Counted from the first letter of the stretch, positions 41,706 through 55,008 are shown. The stretch: DNA of 64,000 bases from the human T2T-CHM13v2.0 reference genome, Homo sapiens (GCF_009914755.1 NC_060933.1); one strand, 5' to 3'. Translations and numbers: made by a program. Notes: generated by a model not told the origin, from the sequence alone.

Positions 41706-44633
41706 GCAACTTTCCATCCCCATGTCTGCAGGCCTCAGCCCCCCTCCCACGAGCATTCTCTTCCTTCTTCATGAACATGGGATTTTGTGGGTCCCCCATA
41801 GTTCCCGATCCCTCTAGCACTTTGGTTTCATAATGAAAGACATAAGAGGAAAGAAAGATCGCAGAGAAGCAGCACATGGAAACCATCCTGTCTGGAGCAG
41901 AGGAGCGAAGAGAGAGGACAGTCTGGGGTAAGATGTTGCTGAGGAAACCCAATTGGGCTGAGGAGTGGCTGGGCTCACCATCTTCCCTTCTTCTGTCTCC
42001 CCCTCCGTGGGACAGTGCTGCTCCCCGTGTCCAAGGTCAGGGACAGGGGACAGGGTGGGATTGCCACTTGGGCAGTGTCCAAAAGAAAATAGAAATTCCT
42101 GAGGAATGGCTGAGATTGACATGAAAGACAGCCCTCAAGTGGCCCCCACACATCCCTTTTGGGAACCTTTCCTCTCTTTTACCTGAAGTACCTTCATAAA
42201 TGAGTGCCTGCTTAATTTGTTTTTTAAAAACGGAGTGAAAAACAGGCAATGTTTATGTCTCAAAGAAGCGTTTCTGATGAAAGCACAATAAATGCAGTTT
42301 TGCAGTACCATGCAAAGCAATAAACATGGAGTAGCTTCATACTGTGAGTTTAGGTGTGAAAAACTGTAAATACTCGTTAACAAGATCACCCAACCAAAAT
42401 CACACGAATAAAAGTGAGCTGTATAACTGCGTATTGGCTATGACCTGGGTGTTTGTATAATCTATCATCCAAACAAGAAGCTGTAGGCACAAATCAAACC
42501 ATCTAGAACACAGGTCCCACTGGCTACAGCTAAACTTGTCAGAGGTTACATCAGTTGTCAGTGTTGTGATGTATAGTAGCCAGCAGTGAACTCCATGGAA
42601 GTAATAATGAAAGGTGAACAGCAAGAACACAGCTGTGTCATCATAAAGTCAGCGTTGTGGCTCAGACACAATAAAGCACACCTCTGCTCATTCTCCTCCA
42701 CAAGCTACTGACAAAACACCGAGGACAACAGGAAACAAATGGCAATATGTGGATTTCACAAAAGAGGAAACCCCACTTCCAGTGACATTGCTTCCTGTCA
42801 TCTGTTCCTCCTCTAAGAGCAGAAAGCCATCATTCTTCGTCTCCAAATTTTATTTTGGAGGTCATGACACATGGGTTTCCTTGGATCTTTGAAATTTACT
42901 TGAAACTTAAGAAGAACAGGCTAGACTGTTTTGTGCATCATGATCACAATGATCAATGATCCTAGGCATTGGGAGAACCCTACTCTTGCCCCCAACAGTT
43001 CTGGAAGAGACATCACATCTGCTCTCAAGACAAATCCACAGTACAAGATAGGACATGCTGTCTTTCCATGAGACCATGAGTTCCTCAAAGGCAGTGAACA
43101 TGTTCTAATTTTATCCACTTTCTTTTCAATTTGAGGATGATGCATGCTTCAGGATAGGAACTGAAATACTAGTTCCCTTCTCATTCCTAAAAATGTATAC
43201 CCACCCATCTTCCACGAGCTCCTGGAAGTTGAGTGGGTCTACATTTTAAACAAATTGCTTACTGGGAATTCATAGGCGCTGTGGTGATTCAGGTAATGGA
43301 AGGAAGCCCATGCATAGGAAGGCGGGAGTTAGAGGCAAGATAGAAGCAAGAAAGAGTCAAGAGCGCATCAGGCCCTCTGACCTTTGCCCTTGGCCATCTG
43401 CAGCATAGGAGGATGCCCCTTGTGCCAGGTGGCTCTCAGAATCTGGGGACTGTAAGAGCCAGGATCAGCACCCGTCAGTCACATGCTGAGCCCAGCACTG
43501 ACAATGAACGTGTTCTGTCTATGACTCAAGATATACACTCCATCTTCTTGAACCTTAAGAATATTACATTGAGTTCCTCAGGAAACAGCATTTAGAAATG
43601 CAAGCATTTTCATCTCATCGTTTATCTTTAAGACAAGGTTCTGGAGCCTCCTAGGAACTCATTTAAGGGTGCTGAAAAAGGAGTGGGTGAGGCTTTAGTT
43701 TGCTTAATCTCAATATTTGAAGTATATAACATTATATTTGAACTAAAGTTTAATTTGCTAAAAAACGCAAATTGTTTCTCTATTCTGTAGAATATAATTG
43801 ATTTGTAATGCCTCCTACATGACAAGTGGGAATACAGACTGTGGTTTGCTCTCAAGATGTGTATTGGGTAGTGGGGTAAGAATATGTATATATCCAGATT
43901 GTTACAGTCTAAGGCAGATATGGGAAAGCCCTGCTTTGAGTTCTCACAATCTAGAGCCTTCCCCAGTCGCTGAGGGGTGATAAACAAATATCAAGGCATT
44001 GTCCATTGTTGTCTGGGAACTAACCTTTTGTCTCTGTCATATAACGCTGAGTTTCTGAGGGTCCCAGTGTGCGTCAGGGGCAGGAGAAACAGTAGGAAGC
44101 TCTGTCTGGCTTCTTGCTTCATCAGACAGGACCCGGGCGTTTTTGCCTTATTTAGAAATATACTTGTTTTATTATGACACCGACCGTTTGTTAGCACAGA
44201 GAGAGACAGAGAGGCTCACAATGTTTGAGTCCCTTATCTCGCATTGTTTATGTTCTTAAAATAATTTAATTAACTTAATAAACAAAAGCATTTTCAATTC
44301 ATAAACAAAGAGAGCTCAGAAAAATTGAATGTTCCAAAAGGCAAAATGAATAGAAAAGTCACATCATCCCAAGTCATTCTCTCACCCTCTGTCTTGCACA
44401 TTCCTGCAAGCCCTGTCCCTAAGAACCAATGGGACTTCTAAAAACTGTCTTCATTTCCTCATTTTGTAAAGATTTTAGTGGGATCTTGGAAGGCTTCTAG
44501 ACAGATCAATATTAAAACTGGTTCTAAATGCCATGGCTATGTCTACCTTCTGAAATTACTCTAAAAAGATAAAGTGAAAAGGACAAATGATTTGGAATTT
44601 ACAAAGCCGTTTTAAATGTATAGATAGATTCAG

Positions 44634-44955
44634 GTTTGGTTTTGTTGTTGTTGTTGTTGTTTGTTTGTTTGAGATGGAGTCTCCCTCTGTCACCCAGGCT
44701 GGAGTGCGGTAGCATGATCTCAGCTCACTGCAGCCTCCGCCTCCTGGGTTCAAGCTACCCTTCTGCCCCAGCCTCCAGAGTAGCTGGGATTACAGGCGTG
44801 CGCTACCATCCCCGGCTAATTGTTTTATATTTTTTAGTACAGACAGGGTTTCACCATATTGGCCAGGCTGATCTTGAACTTCTGACCGCAAGTGATCCAC
44901 CCATCTTGGCCTCTCAAAGTGCTGGGATTACAGGGATGAGCCACTGCGCCCAGTC
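44634..44955 (-). mobile_element. AluS-type with (TTG)n tail
   Basis: Antisense dimer; TSD gattcagKttt. Confidence 0.95.
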
Positions 44956-45349
44956 TGATTCAGTTTTTAAAGAAGGAAGAGTTTAAAACTCTAAGGCTGA
45001 AGGATGATTTCTGAAAGAGCCAAAGGAATGAAGGGGTTATCTCATTCTGGGTTTATGCCATCAACACAAGCAAGCAGACTACATAATTTTAATCTTATAC
45101 TTTTATTAATTTTTGAGATATTTTATTATAAACTTTTTAACCCATAAATGATTCGGAACAGTGTAAAAATACTTATACTCATGACCTCTGAAGTGCACTG
45201 TAATCTCTGCACTTCAATAACACAAATGCAGTTTCTGAATTATGAGTGTAAATGTACATGGATGGAATATAAATTATTATGGGGACAAATGTGCTATCTA
45301 CAAGTAGTTATGTATTTTATACAGTTAATATTAGCTAACTTGGTTTAAA

Positions 45350-45560
45350 CATTAATTACATGTTAGGCACATACTAAGAAATTCAAGTGTATTATCTCTT
45401 AATCCTCCAAGTGTATTATCTCTTAATCCTCCATGAACCCATGAGGTAGACACAATTGTTTCTTACATTTTACAGATGAGGAAACTGAGGTTTGGAGTTT
45501 GCCCAACAAACATAGCTAGAAAGTGATAGAGCCAGCCTCGAACCCAGCCTCTCTGACACT
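45350..45560 (-). mobile_element. MIR
   Basis: MIR core cattttacagatgaggaaactgagg. Confidence 0.85.
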
Positions 45561-45699
45561 GTCCTGTGGGATGGTGAAGAGACGGCATGGAGATATGATT
45601 AGTTGTAATATTATTACAGCAATGATTATTTTAAAAAGCAGGTGATTTGTCATTGTTTTTGACATGTCTCAAATTTTTCCTGATAAACCCTCTCATCTA

Positions 45700-46283
45700 T
45701 GTCAGTCATAGTTCAATCAGAAGCAGACGCACTAGGAGGTAATACATGTTTTATGTATGCATGTCAAACACACAGACACACACTTATACACACATATACA
45801 TATATACCTATGTGTGTGTGTGTGTATCTTTGTTACAGGGATTTGTACCTTACAAAGTTGTGGGTTCTTGCTAAGCAATCTCTGTAAGGACATTGTCCAC
45901 AAGGCAGGCAGTGGGGAAGCAAGGACAAGATGGAGCCCACGGGCACAAGCTGGAACCCATGAGGATGGACTGAGACTCATGCCAATTCTTGCTGCCTCTG
46001 ACTTTGATGGTGTGGGTGTCCTGCAGGAAAAGCTTGTGCCCTTTATCACAGAGCTGGCCCAGGAGCCAAGAGGCCAAAGCAGGACAGCAGGGGCCTGCTG
46101 TCCCACACCAGCAACAAGCAGCATATGTGTGAGCTACAAAAAAGGCTGCTGCTTCACCTCCAACCTTCACATTTCCCATAGGAGGCTCTTTTGTGGCTCA
46201 CTCTAACCAGAAACATGCAGGGGAGGAAATTCTGGGAAATGTAGTTCTGTCTAGGCAAGTTGACACATTGCAAAGCTACCACA
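45700..46283 (-). mobile_element. ERVL LTR (LTR52-like)
   Basis: Reverse complement begins TGTGGTAGCTTTGCAATGTGTCAACTTG...ACTACATTTCCCAGAATT. Confidence 0.65.
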
Positions 46284-46829
46284 CCAAAGTGCACCAAAGG
46301 TACAAAGATGGATGGGATATGGCTCCTGCCTTCAAGGGGCTAATCATCTAGGGGTGTGAAGGGAAAGAGAAACATGAATGTATAATATCAACACAAATAT
46401 TATATTATAACAAGTATTATGATAAGTGCACTAAGGGTGCAACAGAAGCCCACAAAAGTGGCTCACCCTACCCAAGCTGGGATTCCAGGAGAGCTTCCTG
46501 GAGGATGTGGTGTCTAAGTGGCCTTAAAGGATGAAGTAGAAGTTGACTAAGAAAAGAAGGTTTAGTAAGGATATTAAGGTGGGTGGCGAGAGGGAATAAC
46601 CATTAAGGTCTATGGCAGAGGCGGGATAGAGAGATGTATAAGCAATAAATGTGGAGGGCTGGGAGTGGAAGGAAAAGATGTTGGAGAAGTCAGTGTTGCA
46701 AACTCTAGAAAGTCTATGCATTGTACTACAGGGAGCTTGGACTTCATGTCCCAGTGATTGGTGAGCAATTCAGGAGTTAGACACATGAAAATGATATGGT
46801 CATTGAGGTAGATAGTCTCCAAGATATCA

Positions 46830-47342
46830 CCTCACTGGCTTTCCTCTCTGTGCATGTGTACTGCTCACTGCATTAAAAGGTAGGCTTTAATTTTTCTCTT
46901 CTTGAGTTTAGGCTGGCCTAAGCAACTGCTTGGCTTAGGGAAGACAACAGAAGTGACATTCTAAGAAGAAGTCTTAAGTAGTCCTGCAGCTTCTGCCTAG
47001 TTCTCTCAGAATACTTGCTCCTGGACCATGACATCTCCTCTTAGAAGCAAACTGCCATGCGGTCAGAGTCTAAACCCCATGGAGATGCCACATGTAGGTG
47101 CTCTGGTCAGTCACCCCAGCTGAGCTCCCAGCCAAAACTATCTTGTGCATTGCTATCATGAACATCCAGCCAAGTCAGGCCTTTAGATGACTCCATTCCA
47201 AGCCACCATCTGAATGCAACTGCATGAAATACCCCAACTGAGGATTGCCCCTTAACAACCCACAGAATTGGAGATATAATCATAAATTATCTTAGACTTC
47301 CAAGTTTTCATGTGGATTGTTACACAGCAATAGATAACCCAA
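46830..47342 (+). mobile_element. MLT1G/H LTR
   Basis: ccccagctgagctcccagcc ... ttacacagcaatagataac. Confidence 0.7.
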
Positions 47343-47737
47343 ATTGCCATGTTTATGTTTTGGGTGTTTTAGGGGGAAGGAATGGAGGAGGGAAGACACT
47401 TTAAGTGAAGCTTACTGACTTAAAAAAAGATAAAATGAAAGTAGGAAAACTTTGTAGGAATTCATTGCTATAACCAAAAGAGAAGGTATGAGAACCTGAG
47501 CCTGAGAGTACTAGTTGGGGTGAGAAGAAAAGCTGGATTCTAGAAACAGGAAATAAAATTAATAGGCTTTATGATAAGTGAAGGGCAAAGGAGAGAGGAG
47601 GAGTCGAAAATGTTTTGTGTGTTTCCCCTGTACGACTGGGTGGAAGCTAGCTATCTCAATCACAAAGACCCAGAACACAGCAGAAGGATCAGGTGGCATA
47701 GAGGAGGGAATATTATGAGTTCTATGAGGTTTCTAAG

Positions 47738-48261
47738 TGTATGGTTAATTTTGTGTGTCAACTTGACTGGGCTATGGGATGCCCAGATCACTGGTAAAAC
47801 TTTATTTCTGGATGTGTCTGTGCTTGTGTCTCAGAAGAGATTAGCATTTGAATCAGAAAACTGCACAAAGAAGATCCACCCTCACCAATGTGTGTGGGCA
47901 TTGTCCAATTATTTGAGTACCTAATAGAACAAAAAAGCAGAAGAAGAGCAAATTCTCTCTCTCTCTCTGCTTGAGCTGAAACATTCATCTTCTCCTACCC
48001 TCAGATATCAGCACTCCTGGTTCTCAGGTTTTTGGACTTAGACTGGAACTTTTACCACTAGCCTCCTAATTTGCTGGCCTTTGGACTTAGACTGAATTAC
48101 ATCATTGGTTTCCCTGGTTCTCCAGTCTGCAGACAGCAGATCATCTGTTGAACTTTCAACTGCCATCAGCACATGAGCTAGTTCCTATAATAAATTTATT
48201 TTTATCGATATACCTATCTATCCTATAGGTTCTGTTTCTCCGGAAAACCCTGACTAATACA
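47738..48261 (+). mobile_element. MLT2 (ERVL) solo LTR inserted in an antisense L2 relic
   Basis: Termini tgtatggttaattttgtgtgtcaacttgactgggcta ... ggttctgtttctccggaaaaccctgactaataca; internal AATAAA at 48189-48194. Confidence 0.9.
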
Positions 48262-48426
48262 GTAGAGGATATCCAGATTGACAACTTCAGGAGAAAGTCT
48301 GATTTAGGAGTCGGAAGCCCAGATTGGAAAAACCTCTTGATAGATGTCACTCGGGAAGACCATGAAAACAGCCAAAATAATTCAAAGAGAAGATGCAAAG
48401 TGAACTGTGAAACAGACCAAAGATGA
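48229..48426 (+). CDS. C9orf170: Putative 121-aa protein, coding exon 2 (65 codons, VLFLRKTLTN...VNCETDQR*)
   Basis: Acceptor tcctatag|GTT at 48228/48229; frame open to TGA at 48424-48426; phase matches exon 1. Confidence 0.7.
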   Translation, partial: VLFLRKTLTNTVEDIQIDNFRRKSDLGVGSPDWKNLLIDVTREDHENSQNNSKRRCKVNCETDQR

Positions 48427-51355
48427 ATCTCTTTGGTAAATCCCCTGCCTAAATCCCCTGCCATGGAATAGCTGCCTAAACTTGGGCAAATAACTTGACA
48501 TTTCTCAGTTTCCACATTCCAAAAATGGATTTTTATGAGAATTAAATGTTATGATGCATTCCAGCTACCTGTCCTAGAACCTGGCATAAGAGCTCAGTAC
48601 ATGCTGGGGAGGGTTATCATCATCGTCATCATCATCTTATTAACATTCATGTTGAAGGGATGATGGGCTGCTGAGAAGTTCATGAAGAAGGTGAAAAACT
48701 ATTACAGAGGTGGGAGGAAAAAGAGAGGACTATCACAGAAGCAGAAGAGCTGAGAGTATTGAGAAAGGGTGACGGGTTAGGGGGACTAGCAAGTACCCTC
48801 TGGCGTTGGCAATATTCAGTTTGTTGAAGGCCTTGATGAACTTTAATGAAGTGGTGAGAGTTAAACAAAGCTGAGATAGGATATGAATCTCAGGGAGGAT
48901 ATGAGGACTCATTGATTACCATTCCAAGAAACTTGTCTGAAAAGGAAAGAAGAGATGGTGGTAATCAGAGCAGAGTGGCAGGATGCAGGGAGTTTTTATT
49001 TATTTATTTGTTCTTGTTGCTGACGTTGTTTTCATACTATTTTTTGTTTGTTAAAGAGGGAGAGTTGTGAGTATAAAATAACCTATAAATAGGGAAAACC
49101 AGGAACAGATTCATGTGAAAGCCCTTGACTGAGAACAGAATTAATTACCCGTGCAGAGGTAGTCTTCAAGCCTTGGCAGGTAAGCAACTGTCTGAGACAC
49201 AGCTGGCTCGGGAACAGGGCCTTTCTTTGGCTGGCAGGCTTGAGGCAGCATAATTTGGAAGCGGATATGAGAAAGGGCATAATAATGTGAAATTTGACTG
49301 CCTAGTGGGGGAGAAACTTTGAATATTATGAGGCGGTTATGAAAGTATTTCCTTCTTATGGCTTCAATGGCACTGCCTCTGAGCATTAGTGTTTGTCCTC
49401 AGGAGGTAAGTGTGGGGACTGTATCAGCAGTTACTACCTAGATAAGCATGGTGTATAGGGGTAACATGGTTTATAGAGCATGCAAGCCTTCACCTCTTTG
49501 CTAGATGAGATATGGAACCTAAATTCGGAGACCACGTGACCCCTGAGGCATGGGGAGGTGGGGTCAGAAAGCGTTACTGGCCATGATCCAGACCCAGGCG
49601 TGGAGAAACGACCTACTGGGGTTTTCAGGGAGCAGGAAGGTGGGGCAGGTACAGAGTATATTCTGGGGGACAGTTTCATAAAAAGTGAGTAGATCTCCAC
49701 AACTTAGTTTCTAGACTAAATGGACTAAGCATGTTCCGCCCTATTCTTCCTACTAACAATAACAAAAAGCTCTGGACAAAATTTATAAAGCAACCCACAG
49801 AAGACTCCGAAGTTGGAAAAAGAAATAAAAACTGGCGATTTCCTCCATACTCAAGGCATCATGTAGCAGGGAGTGCCTTGGGTGTTGTTTATGTGTTTGT
49901 TTTCTTTTGTTCATTAATTTTTTTCTCCCGTGTATGGCAGTGTGGGCTCTAGCAATGCCTACCACCCGGAAACACAGATGGGTACAAATTTAAAAACCCC
50001 AAGAAAACTCTTTTTAGCCAAATGACCAGTGTTTCCAGCAGAGCAAAAACATTTTGACCACATCTGCCCTTTTGTGCTGGCTAACCCCTTCCCCTGCCAC
50101 CATGTGCTGCTGGGGGGACATTGTGGATGAAGCCCACTCATTTATTCCTCCTCCTGCAGTAATGTGACCATACCCTTCCCACTCCTAACTAGAGGCTGGG
50201 GGAGGACTATGTGGGGGAGAGAACTGGAGAAAGCAATTTTCTAAATTTGTGTATGAAATCCTGGTTAGAACTCTGAGTGCCCCATGCACAAAACAGACAA
50301 GAAACAACACAGCAAAAAGATTCAAGGGTCAGAAAAACTGAACACTGGTCTGAAACACTGCCCGGGTTTCAGATTGGCATCAGGGTAGCACCCAAGTGGG
50401 GCAGATTGAAATAGCACTGTAAAGGCTTTGAAAATGAAATGACTTTTGAGCCACAGCTCACAAAGTGAACCGGAACAAGCATTCTGAACTTAAACAGGTC
50501 AAGTGCCTGCTAAAATCAAAGACTGAAATGGGAACCAGAATAATATAACATACTACTGAAAATGTCTAGGATGCAATCCAAAATCTCATCACACTGAAAA
50601 CCATAAAAATCTCAACTTGAAAGAGAAAAGGCAATTGTAAGCATTGAGATTACACAGATGTTGAAACTATCCAGCAAGAATCATAAAGCAGCTATTATAC
50701 AAATGCCCTGATTTTAAAGCAAGTATGAATGCTCGAAACAAATGACAAAGTGGAAAGTCACAGCAGAGAAATAGAAAATGTAAGGAAGAACCAAATGGAA
50801 ATTTTAAAACTGAAAAATACAATAACCAGTTTTTAAAAATTACTAGATTCAGAGGGAAAGACCAACAACTCAGAAAAAATGGGCAAAGGATATGAAGAGT
50901 TTACGGAAAAGGAAATGTAGATAACTCTTACCCATATAAAAATATGTTCAGCCTCACTCATATAAGAAAAATCAAAATTGAAATTACACTGAGACACTGC
51001 TTTTCACCTGTCAGAATGGCAAAACTCAAAGTGTGAATATACGCTATGAGAATGTGGAAAATTCTCATAGATTGCTTGTGGGCATCTAGAACAATTTGGT
51101 TGAATCACTAAAATCCACATGCCATTTGGCCCTGCAATTCTACTTTTAGAAATTTATCATATAGGAAACCTGCATATGAGTGAAATGACATACGTGGAGT
51201 GTTACTCCTGGCTGCATTGTTGGTAATCACAAAGAACTAGAAAAAACTTAATGTCCATCAATAAGATGCTGATTAAATTAATTATTATACGTCATACAAT
51301 GGAAAGTTAGAAAACCGTAAAAAAATGAAACCCTCTCTATAACCTGCTACCATAT

Positions 51356-51365
51356 AATAAATAAA
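51356..51365 (+). terminator. Candidate polyadenylation signal (overlapping AATAAA x2)
   Basis: aataaataaa followed by a GT-rich stretch (atgtgtctgtttgg) about 20 nt downstream. Other PAS hexamers exist upstream (e.g. near 49824). Confidence 0.45.
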
Positions 51366-53206
51366 AGGACAGGCAATGATCTATATGTGTCTGTTTGGAT
51401 ATGCATTAAGAAACTTCAAAGGACAGGTAACAAAAAGTGGCTGCCCAGAGGAGAAGTGAGGGATGGGAGGGAGTCTGGACTGTAGGCCTAATAAAACCCC
51501 CAGATAAATAAAAACAAACCTACAAAGCACAGAAATAATCCTTAATGTCCAATCCCAGGGCTTTATCATAGTGGTCCCTTTATGTTTGGATGAGGTAAAC
51601 CTATCCAATGTTTCAATTAACTTGGCTTATTATTAAGTCAATAATATTAAGGAACTTAATATTAGCAGGGATACTCTTTCATCTCAGGCATGTTAGATGC
51701 CTTCCATGATCTCCACGAGGAGGAAGAGCCCCTGAATCACCAGGGACACTGGTGAGGATGAAAGCATTTTGTTATGGATCCTTTTTCTTGGTGGCCTGAG
51801 CTGCTGGGGGCTTGAAGCCTGCCTCCCTCCCTGCAGGACACCCCACCCGACTGCTTTCTGCTCATCACACAGGGTGCCCTTGCATGATCACTATCCGCCC
51901 ACTCCTAGGTGTCTGGTTCTGTGTGTGTGGTTTCCTACAGAACCAGACAGAAAAGTGAGTTCTGTTTTCTTCTCATCTTCCAGGCACCCAAAGCAAAACT
52001 TCACAAGCCCAGCCCTGAGCACCTGTCACATTGGAAGTGCTTCCTTCTCTGGTTCAGGAATTTGGTTTTGATTTTTGTTGGGGTTGCTCGGCCCCTATTG
52101 AAGGACAGAGTTTGAGGCTGGGGGTCTCTCCTTAGGCTTTTCCTGACCCTATGAAACAACCACAAACACCATCACTTTCCATAAGAGGATCAAGTTGCTT
52201 TTCTGAAATCACAAGGAGTCACTGATCTGCGCTGGCTTTCTCACGAGGGCACATGTGGCTGGGGCACAGCTGTTCCCATCTGTTACTTGGGCTGACACAC
52301 AAGGACAGCTGTGAAGGGAGCGTGTCTCCTCCCCATCTCTGTTACAATGAGGCCTTGGTTTAGCCCAACTTCTGAATCCAGGTTATACTCCCTAATTGGC
52401 ATACAAAAGCCCCAGGAATAAGGCAGAGAAGACTGGACCTTGCAAAGCTCGGCTCCAGTCATTTAAAATGAAATCAATCTCACTTCTCTCCTTTTCCCTC
52501 AGTGTCCTAAAATAATATTTGAAGTTCTGTTTAGTCTCTTTGGAGAACTGCCAGTGACTTCGAGGCATGTAGTGAAGCTGTATTTCAAGAGATGATTACA
52601 CCCAGGACTTTGGAAAAGTGATTCTCACTTAGGAATAACATATGATACAGATTTAATAATCTGCCATAATACCTGTCTCCCCACTTTTTTTGTCTCAACC
52701 AAATAAGAGTAAAAAACTGATAGTGGCAAAAGGAACCTCTCTTCCATGGAAGTGATTGTTAAAGTGTTTTTTTTAATTGAATGAACTATTATCATGGCGA
52801 GTTTTGAAAGGAACCACATGCACAAGTTCTTAGATTTTCTGCTTTTGCCATTAACTATAGTAAATGTTTTCAAAAAATCTCTTTCCATCTTTTGCTAGTT
52901 GAAAAAAAAGAAAAAAATATTCTTACTGCATTGAAGTTATGAGTGAAATGAACAGTTTTTGAGAAAGAACAACAAAAAGCCCACTTGCCTGTTTTCTCCA
53001 TTGTAACTACAATTATGTAATTAATTGTCAAGCTTGGTGACTCCCTTTCACAATCTGGAGAAGTGACACTCACTCTTTTTGAAAGATATGACAAACATAT
53101 CTTTAATTACATAATCATTATATAGGGGCATCCTTATCAAATATTAATGAAATATAGAAAAACCCACGGTCATGTTGGACTGACTCTCCTGTAAACTAAG
53201 GATGAC

Positions 53207-53586
53207 TGTGTTAATTCATTCTTGCATTGCTATAGAGAACTATCTGAGATTGGGTAATTTATAAAGAAAAGAGATTTAATTGGCTCATGGTTCTGCAGGC
53301 CGTACAGGAAGCATAGCTGGGGAGGCCTCAGGAAACTTACAATCATGGTGGAAGGTGAAGGAGAAGCAGGCATGTGTTACATGGCCAGGAGAAGGGGAAG
53401 AGAGAGAAGGGGGAGGTGCTACACACTTTGAAACAACCAGATCTCAAGAGAACTCACTATCATGAGAACTGCAAGGGGGAAATCCACCCCCATGATCCCA
53501 TCACCTCCCAGCCAGCCCCTCCTCCAACATTGGGGATTACAATTCAACCTGAGATTCAGGTGAGGACACAAATCTAAACCATATCG
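53207..53586 (-). mobile_element. MSTA solo LTR
   Basis: ttcttgcattgctata...gggtaatttataaagaaaagag...ggcctcaggaaacttacaatcatgg...aaccatatc. Confidence 0.88.
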
Positions 53587-54727
53587 GTGGCATATCCTTC
53601 CAGACCCTTTTAATGCATATGTACACATATTTATATTTACATTCAAATATATATGTAGATACAAATATTCATATGTAGATACAACTATGAATATAGAAAT
53701 ATATAATGTCAAGATCGTCTTTTACATACATAGAATCATGTTGTACACATTATTCCACAACTTGATTTTTAACTTAATATCCTGGTGATGTTTCTGTATC
53801 AGTACGTGTAAATTTACCTGACTACTGTGAAATATTCCATCCCTTCTATATGCCACAATTTATTAAACATTTTCCCTATATATTTAGATGGTTTCCAATA
53901 TTTTTCCTATTAAAAATGATATTTCGATAGACATTCTTGCACAAAGTTCCTCAGGCACATGAGTATTTTCCTATAGTACACATCTAGACATGGAATTGTT
54001 AGGTCAAACGATCTGCATATTTTTGTTTTAAAAGATGTTGCTAAACAGTAGTTGTTATGGCTAAATATGGTGACAAACTCTATATTAGCTTAAATAATCC
54101 TCGTAATCTATGATGAGGCACTATTATTACCCCTAATTTGAAGTTGAGAAAACTGAGGTGCAGAGAGGTCCAGTAACTTGTTCAAGGTCACACAGCAGGT
54201 AACAGTGGAACCAGAATTCAACTCCTGGTACCTAGTTCCAGAATCTATGCTCTTAGCCTAACAGTTGGATGCCTCTCTCTAAAATGCAACTGTACAGATA
54301 TATTATGTGCATTATAAACTATATACAAAAATTGAAATTAAAAGGGAGGCTATAAATTAGGTAACATTTTATAATACTTATTAACACTCAAAAGTTTTTC
54401 TTTCAATAAAACTATTCTTAATAGTAATATTTTAGTGAGAATAAAATAATTGAATATGTTCCCCTTTTTTAAAAAAATTGACTCTACCCTTTTTGATACA
54501 GCCATTGGAAACTTTGGTTCTAAGTTCAATTTATTGTCTGTCATAGCTGAAAATATTGCTGGGCAAAGGTAAACTCTAAGGGAAGAAGTACATCATTGGC
54601 TGTACTGTCTAAATCATAACATTCATTTTTAATCTCATTCACAAATTAAACAAAGTATTTTCCAAAAGTTTGGCTGGAAATGTTCTTTTTCCCATTTATC
54701 AATATATTTTCCTTAGAAAGTAATTAG

Positions 54728-55008
54728 GGCTAGGCAGGGTGGTTCATGCCTGTAATCTCAGCATTTTGAGAGGTTAAAGCAGGAGGATCGTTTGAGCTCA
54801 GGAGTTTGAGACCTTGTCTCTACAAAAAAATTTAAAAATCAGTCCACTGTGATGGTGCACACCTGTTGTTCCAGCTACTCAGGAGGCTGAAGCAGGAAGA
54901 TTGCCTGAGCCCAGGAGATCAAGGCTGTAGCGAGCTATGATCACACCACCGCACTCCAGCAGAGTGGAGTGCGTGGCAGAGTGAGACTCTTTCTCTCTCA
55001 AAAAAAAA
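54728..55008 (+). mobile_element. AluJ with internal deletion and inverted micro-duplication
   Basis: J-type dimer; the left arm reads gagtttgagaccttgtctctac, lacking about 23 nt of consensus. Confidence 0.9.

Larger units (their letters stand above)
40280..51380 (+). ncRNA. LINC02872: Two-exon transcript C9orf170/LINC02872 (ends approximate)
   Basis: CpG-island first exon, GT-AG intron 40566-48228, overlapping AATAAA signals at 51356-51365. Identity recalled from the spliced peptide; TSS and 3' end cannot be fixed from sequence alone. Confidence 0.6.
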
